Shown: positions 61,245-64,000 of the stretch, one piece after another
Position numbering within the stretch: the stretch's first letter is position 1
Layout: each line of letters opens with the position of its first letter
Assembly: GCA_046294815.1 (NCBI GenBank)
Contig: JBKBOJ010000001.1
Coordinates: forward strand, 17,380 to 81,379
Source of the DNA: Roseateles sp.
Lineage (GTDB): Bacteria > Pseudomonadota > Gammaproteobacteria > Burkholderiales > Burkholderiaceae_C
DNA length: 64,000 nt
Direction of reading: 5' to 3'
The notes under the pieces: generated by a model
What the model was told of the DNA's origin: nothing
Databases searched by the model: none
The model's input: the letters and a program-made list of their open reading frames with translations, nothing else
Program-made: the position numbers and the translations under genes

Positions 61245-63731
61245 ATGGATCTGCATGACGGCTGGTTGCTGGCCGAGGCGCCCCAAGGCCTGGATGGCGC
61301 GGCACTGACAGCGTTGTCAGCCGACGCCTGGCTGCCGGCCCGCGTGCCCGGCACGGCGCATGGCGCGCTGCTGGCCGCAGGCCGCATCCCCGACCCGTTT
61401 TACGGCCGCAACGAGGCGGACGTGGCCTGGGTGGCCGAGCGCCGCTGGGTTTGGCGGCTGGACTTCGAGGCCGGTGAACTGGCCGAACGGGAGGAACTGG
61501 TCTTCGAGGGCCTGGACACCTATTGCACCGTCTGGCTCAACGGCCAGCGGCTGTTGAGCTCGGACAACATGTTCGTGCCGCGGCGGGTGGATGTGCGTGA
61601 TCGTCTGCGGCCCGGCCGCAACGAGTTGCTGCTGTGCTTCGAGCCCGCGCTGGCCAGCGCCCGCGCCGCGGAGGCCCAGCACGGCAAGCGCGCGCTATGG
61701 AATGGCGACAGCGCCCGGCTGCATGCGCGCAAGGCCCAGTACCACTTCGGCTGGGACTGGGGCCCCGAGCTCATCGTCTGCGGCCCCTGGCGACCGGTAC
61801 GGCGCTTCAGCGGCAGCGCCCGCATCGACGAACTGCAGGTGCGCAGCGACGTGGATGTCGCCCGCCGCTGCGCGACGCTGCAGGTCGCGGCCCGGCCCGT
61901 GGGCGCGCGGGCCGGCCAGCGGCTGGTGTTCGAGCTGCTGGACCCCGAGGGGCGCTGCGTGGCGATGCAAAGCACGGCAGCCGAGGCGCCGCACGCGGTG
62001 CTGACGCTGGATGACGCCCGGCTGTGGTGGCCGCGCGGTCTGGGTGGGCAGCCGCTGTACACGCTGATCGCAAGGCTGCAGGACGGCGAGCGCCTGCTGG
62101 CCCAGGACCGTCGCCGCATCGGCCTGCGCACGCTGCGGCTGGTGCAGGCGCCGGTGCAGGGGGAGGCGGGCAGCAGCTTCCATTTCGAGGTCAACGGCCA
62201 GGACTTCTTTGCCGGCGGCGCCAACTGGATTCCGGACGACAGCCTGCTGGAGCGCATCACGCCGGCCCGCTACCGTGAGCGCGTGGCGCAGGCTGCCGGC
62301 GCGAACATGAACATGTTGCGCGTCTGGGGTGGCGGCATCTATGAGCACGAGGCCTTCTACGAGGCCTGCGACGAGCTGGGGCTGCTGGTCTGGCAGGACT
62401 TCATGTTTGCCTGCGGCATTTACCCTGCCCACGAGGCCTTTCAGGCCAGCGTGCGCGCCGAGGCCGAGGCCCAGGTCAGGCGGCTGCGCCACCACGCTTG
62501 TCTGGCACTCTGGTGCGGCAACAACGAGGACTACATGCTGGCCGAGTCCGTCGGGCTGGCCGGCCCCGGCGTGGCGGCCGAGCGCTTTGAGGCGCGCGCT
62601 CTCTACGAAGGGCTGTTGCCCGAAGTCTGCGCCGCGCTGGACCCGGGCCGCCCCTACTGGCCGGGCAGCCCCTTCACGCCAGGGGACGGCGCCAAGTCGT
62701 CAGACCCGACGGTGGGCGACCGCCACAGCTGGGAGGTCTGGCACCAGCAGATGCTGCCCTACCAGCGCTATGGCGAGGTGCAGGCGCGCTTCGTCAGCGA
62801 GTTCGGCATGCAGTCGCACCCCAGCCTGGCGCTGCTGGAGTCCGTGCTGCCGCCCGATGAGCGCTTCCCCGGCAGCCGCACGCTGCAATGGCACAACAAG
62901 GCCGGCTCGCCCGCCGGCCCGGACGGGCACCGGCGCCTGGCCGTCTACCTGGCCGACAACCTGCGCGTGGGGCCCGCGCTGGCCGACCATGTCTATGCCA
63001 CGCAGTTTGTGCAGGCCGAGGCCATGCGCGTGGCCTACCAGGATTTCCGTCGCCGCTGGCAGCGCCCCGGGGCAAGGGCGGTGGGCGGCGCGCTGGTCTG
63101 GCAGCTCAACGACTGCTGGCCGGTCACGAGCTGGTCGCTGATCGACTCGGCCGGCGTCGCGAAGCCGGCCTGGCATGCGGTGCGCCGTGCGCTTGCCGTC
63201 GTGGCGGTGGCCGTGCGGCTGGAGGCGGGGCAAGCGCGGCTGGCGCTCATGAACGGCGGCACGTCGGCGCGCGAGTTGCGGCTGGCGCTGCGCGTGTTCG
63301 CCATGGACGGTCGGCTGCTTGCCGAGGCCCACCGCGCGGCGTGCGTCGACGCGGCGAGCAACTGGGAGGCGACGCAGGCGCTGCCGGCGCTGGACGAGCC
63401 GGTCGTTGCCGAGCTGCTGGCGCTGGACGCATCGGACGGCCAGGAGCTGGCGCGCGACTGTGCCTGGACCGAGCCGTTCCGGTTCTACCGGCTGGGCGAG
63501 GCCCGGCTGACGGCGGTCGCCGACGCGCAGGCCCTGCTCATCTCGGCCGACCGTCCGGTCAAGGGGCTGTGGCTGCAGGCCGACGGCGTGCGCTTCGACG
63601 ACAACTTCATCGACCTCGTGCCCGGCGCGCCCCGGCGCGTGACGTTCACCGGGCCGCTGCCTGAGGCGCTGCTGGCCGTCGCACTGGACCGCGACGCCAG
63701 CTGGTTGCCCTGGCGCGGCCGCGCAGGGTGA
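61245..63731 (+). CDS. GH2 beta-mannosidase
   Basis: VPGT, FEGLDT, DNMF, RKAQYHFGWDWGP, GANWIP, NMLRVWGGGIYE, WQDFMFAC, WCGNNE, RFVSEFG, WQLNDCWP; start ATG 61245 or GTG 61227. Confidence 0.93.
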   Translation: MDLHDGWLLAEAPQGLDGAALTALSADAWLPARVPGTAHGALLAAGRIPDPFYGRNEADVAWVAERRWVWRLDFEAGELAEREELVFEGLDTYCTVWLNGQRLLSSDNMFVPRRVDVRDRLRPGRNELLLCFEPALASARAAEAQHGKRALWNGDSARLHARKAQYHFGWDWGPELIVCGPWRPVRRFSGSARIDELQVRSDVDVARRCATLQVAARPVGARAGQRLVFELLDPEGRCVAMQSTAAEAPHAVLTLDDARLWWPRGLGGQPLYTLIARLQDGERLLAQDRRRIGLRTLRLVQAPVQGEAGSSFHFEVNGQDFFAGGANWIPDDSLLERITPARYRERVAQAAGANMNMLRVWGGGIYEHEAFYEACDELGLLVWQDFMFACGIYPAHEAFQASVRAEAEAQVRRLRHHACLALWCGNNEDYMLAESVGLAGPGVAAERFEARALYEGLLPEVCAALDPGRPYWPGSPFTPGDGAKSSDPTVGDRHSWEVWHQQMLPYQRYGEVQARFVSEFGMQSHPSLALLESVLPPDERFPGSRTLQWHNKAGSPAGPDGHRRLAVYLADNLRVGPALADHVYATQFVQAEAMRVAYQDFRRRWQRPGARAVGGALVWQLNDCWPVTSWSLIDSAGVAKPAWHAVRRALAVVAVAVRLEAGQARLALMNGGTSARELRLALRVFAMDGRLLAEAHRAACVDAASNWEATQALPALDEPVVAELLALDASDGQELARDCAWTEPFRFYRLGEARLTAVADAQALLISADRPVKGLWLQADGVRFDDNFIDLVPGAPRRVTFTGPLPEALLAVALDRDASWLPWRGRAG

Positions 63732-63792
63732 GTGCCGTGGCCATGCGGATATCCCCTGTCGTTGTTAGCCCCAATGTTATGAATATGTTTTA

Positions 63793-63808
63793 TTGTTAAC
63801 GTTATCAA
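63793..63808. promoter_or_regulatory. LacI-type operator upstream of the probable TBDR
   Basis: Near-perfect palindrome TTGTTAACGTTATCAA with central CG, in an AT-rich patch. Confidence 0.6.
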
Positions 63809-63887
63809 CATGCGGTTGCGACCGTCGCGCGCAGCCACCGCATGAGGTCCCCAAGGGCCCGTATTCCCACCAACGAGGAGCACAAGG

Positions 63888-64000
63888 ATGAGACATTTCA
63901 GACGGACAACCTTGTCATTGGCGGCGGCCCAGGCCTTGATGGCCATGGCTTTGCCGGCCGTGGCGCAGAGCACGGAGGCGCCCGCGAAATCGCAGCAGCT
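63888..64000 (+). CDS. Probable TonB-dependent receptor, N-terminal fragment (runs off the window end)
   Basis: SD GAGGAG; MRHFRRTTLSLAAAQALMAMALPAVA|QSTEAPAKSQQL resembles a TBDR leader just before a TonB box; glycan-utilisation context. Confidence 0.55.
   Translation, partial: MRHFRRTTLSLAAAQALMAMALPAVAQSTEAPAKSQQ

Overview
High-GC betaproteobacterial chromosome segment. Gene content and order (lpxH-ppiB-ppiA/cysS, accA-tilS-lysC-tRNA-Ser, rsgA-phhB-M48/orn) are typical of Burkholderiales; the taxon is my inference. Three accessory blocks sit among housekeeping and metabolic genes. (1) A ~16.5 kb signalling-only island directly after tRNA-Ser(GCT), 8978-25332. It holds three paralogous hybrid histidine kinases with different sensors (RsbP-type PAS; MASE1; CHASE plus a second periplasmic domain), an RsbQ/KAI2-like alpha/beta hydrolase coupled to the PAS kinase, a membrane-anchored solute-binding protein, a REC-GGEEF diguanylate cyclase and a divergent REC-REC-PAS pseudokinase. 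The CHASE kinase is frameshifted at a G8 tract. (2) A TonB-dependent receptor divergent from two cyanophycinase-family peptidases, one exported and one cytoplasmic (30171-35741). (3) The start of a beta-mannan/glucomannan utilisation locus from 56459 to the window end: GH5, AGE epimerase/isomerase, a double-SGNH esterase, GH2 beta-mannosidase and a probable TBDR. I saw no CRISPR array, rRNA, integrase or transposase. All calls come from reading motifs by eye; no database searches were run.
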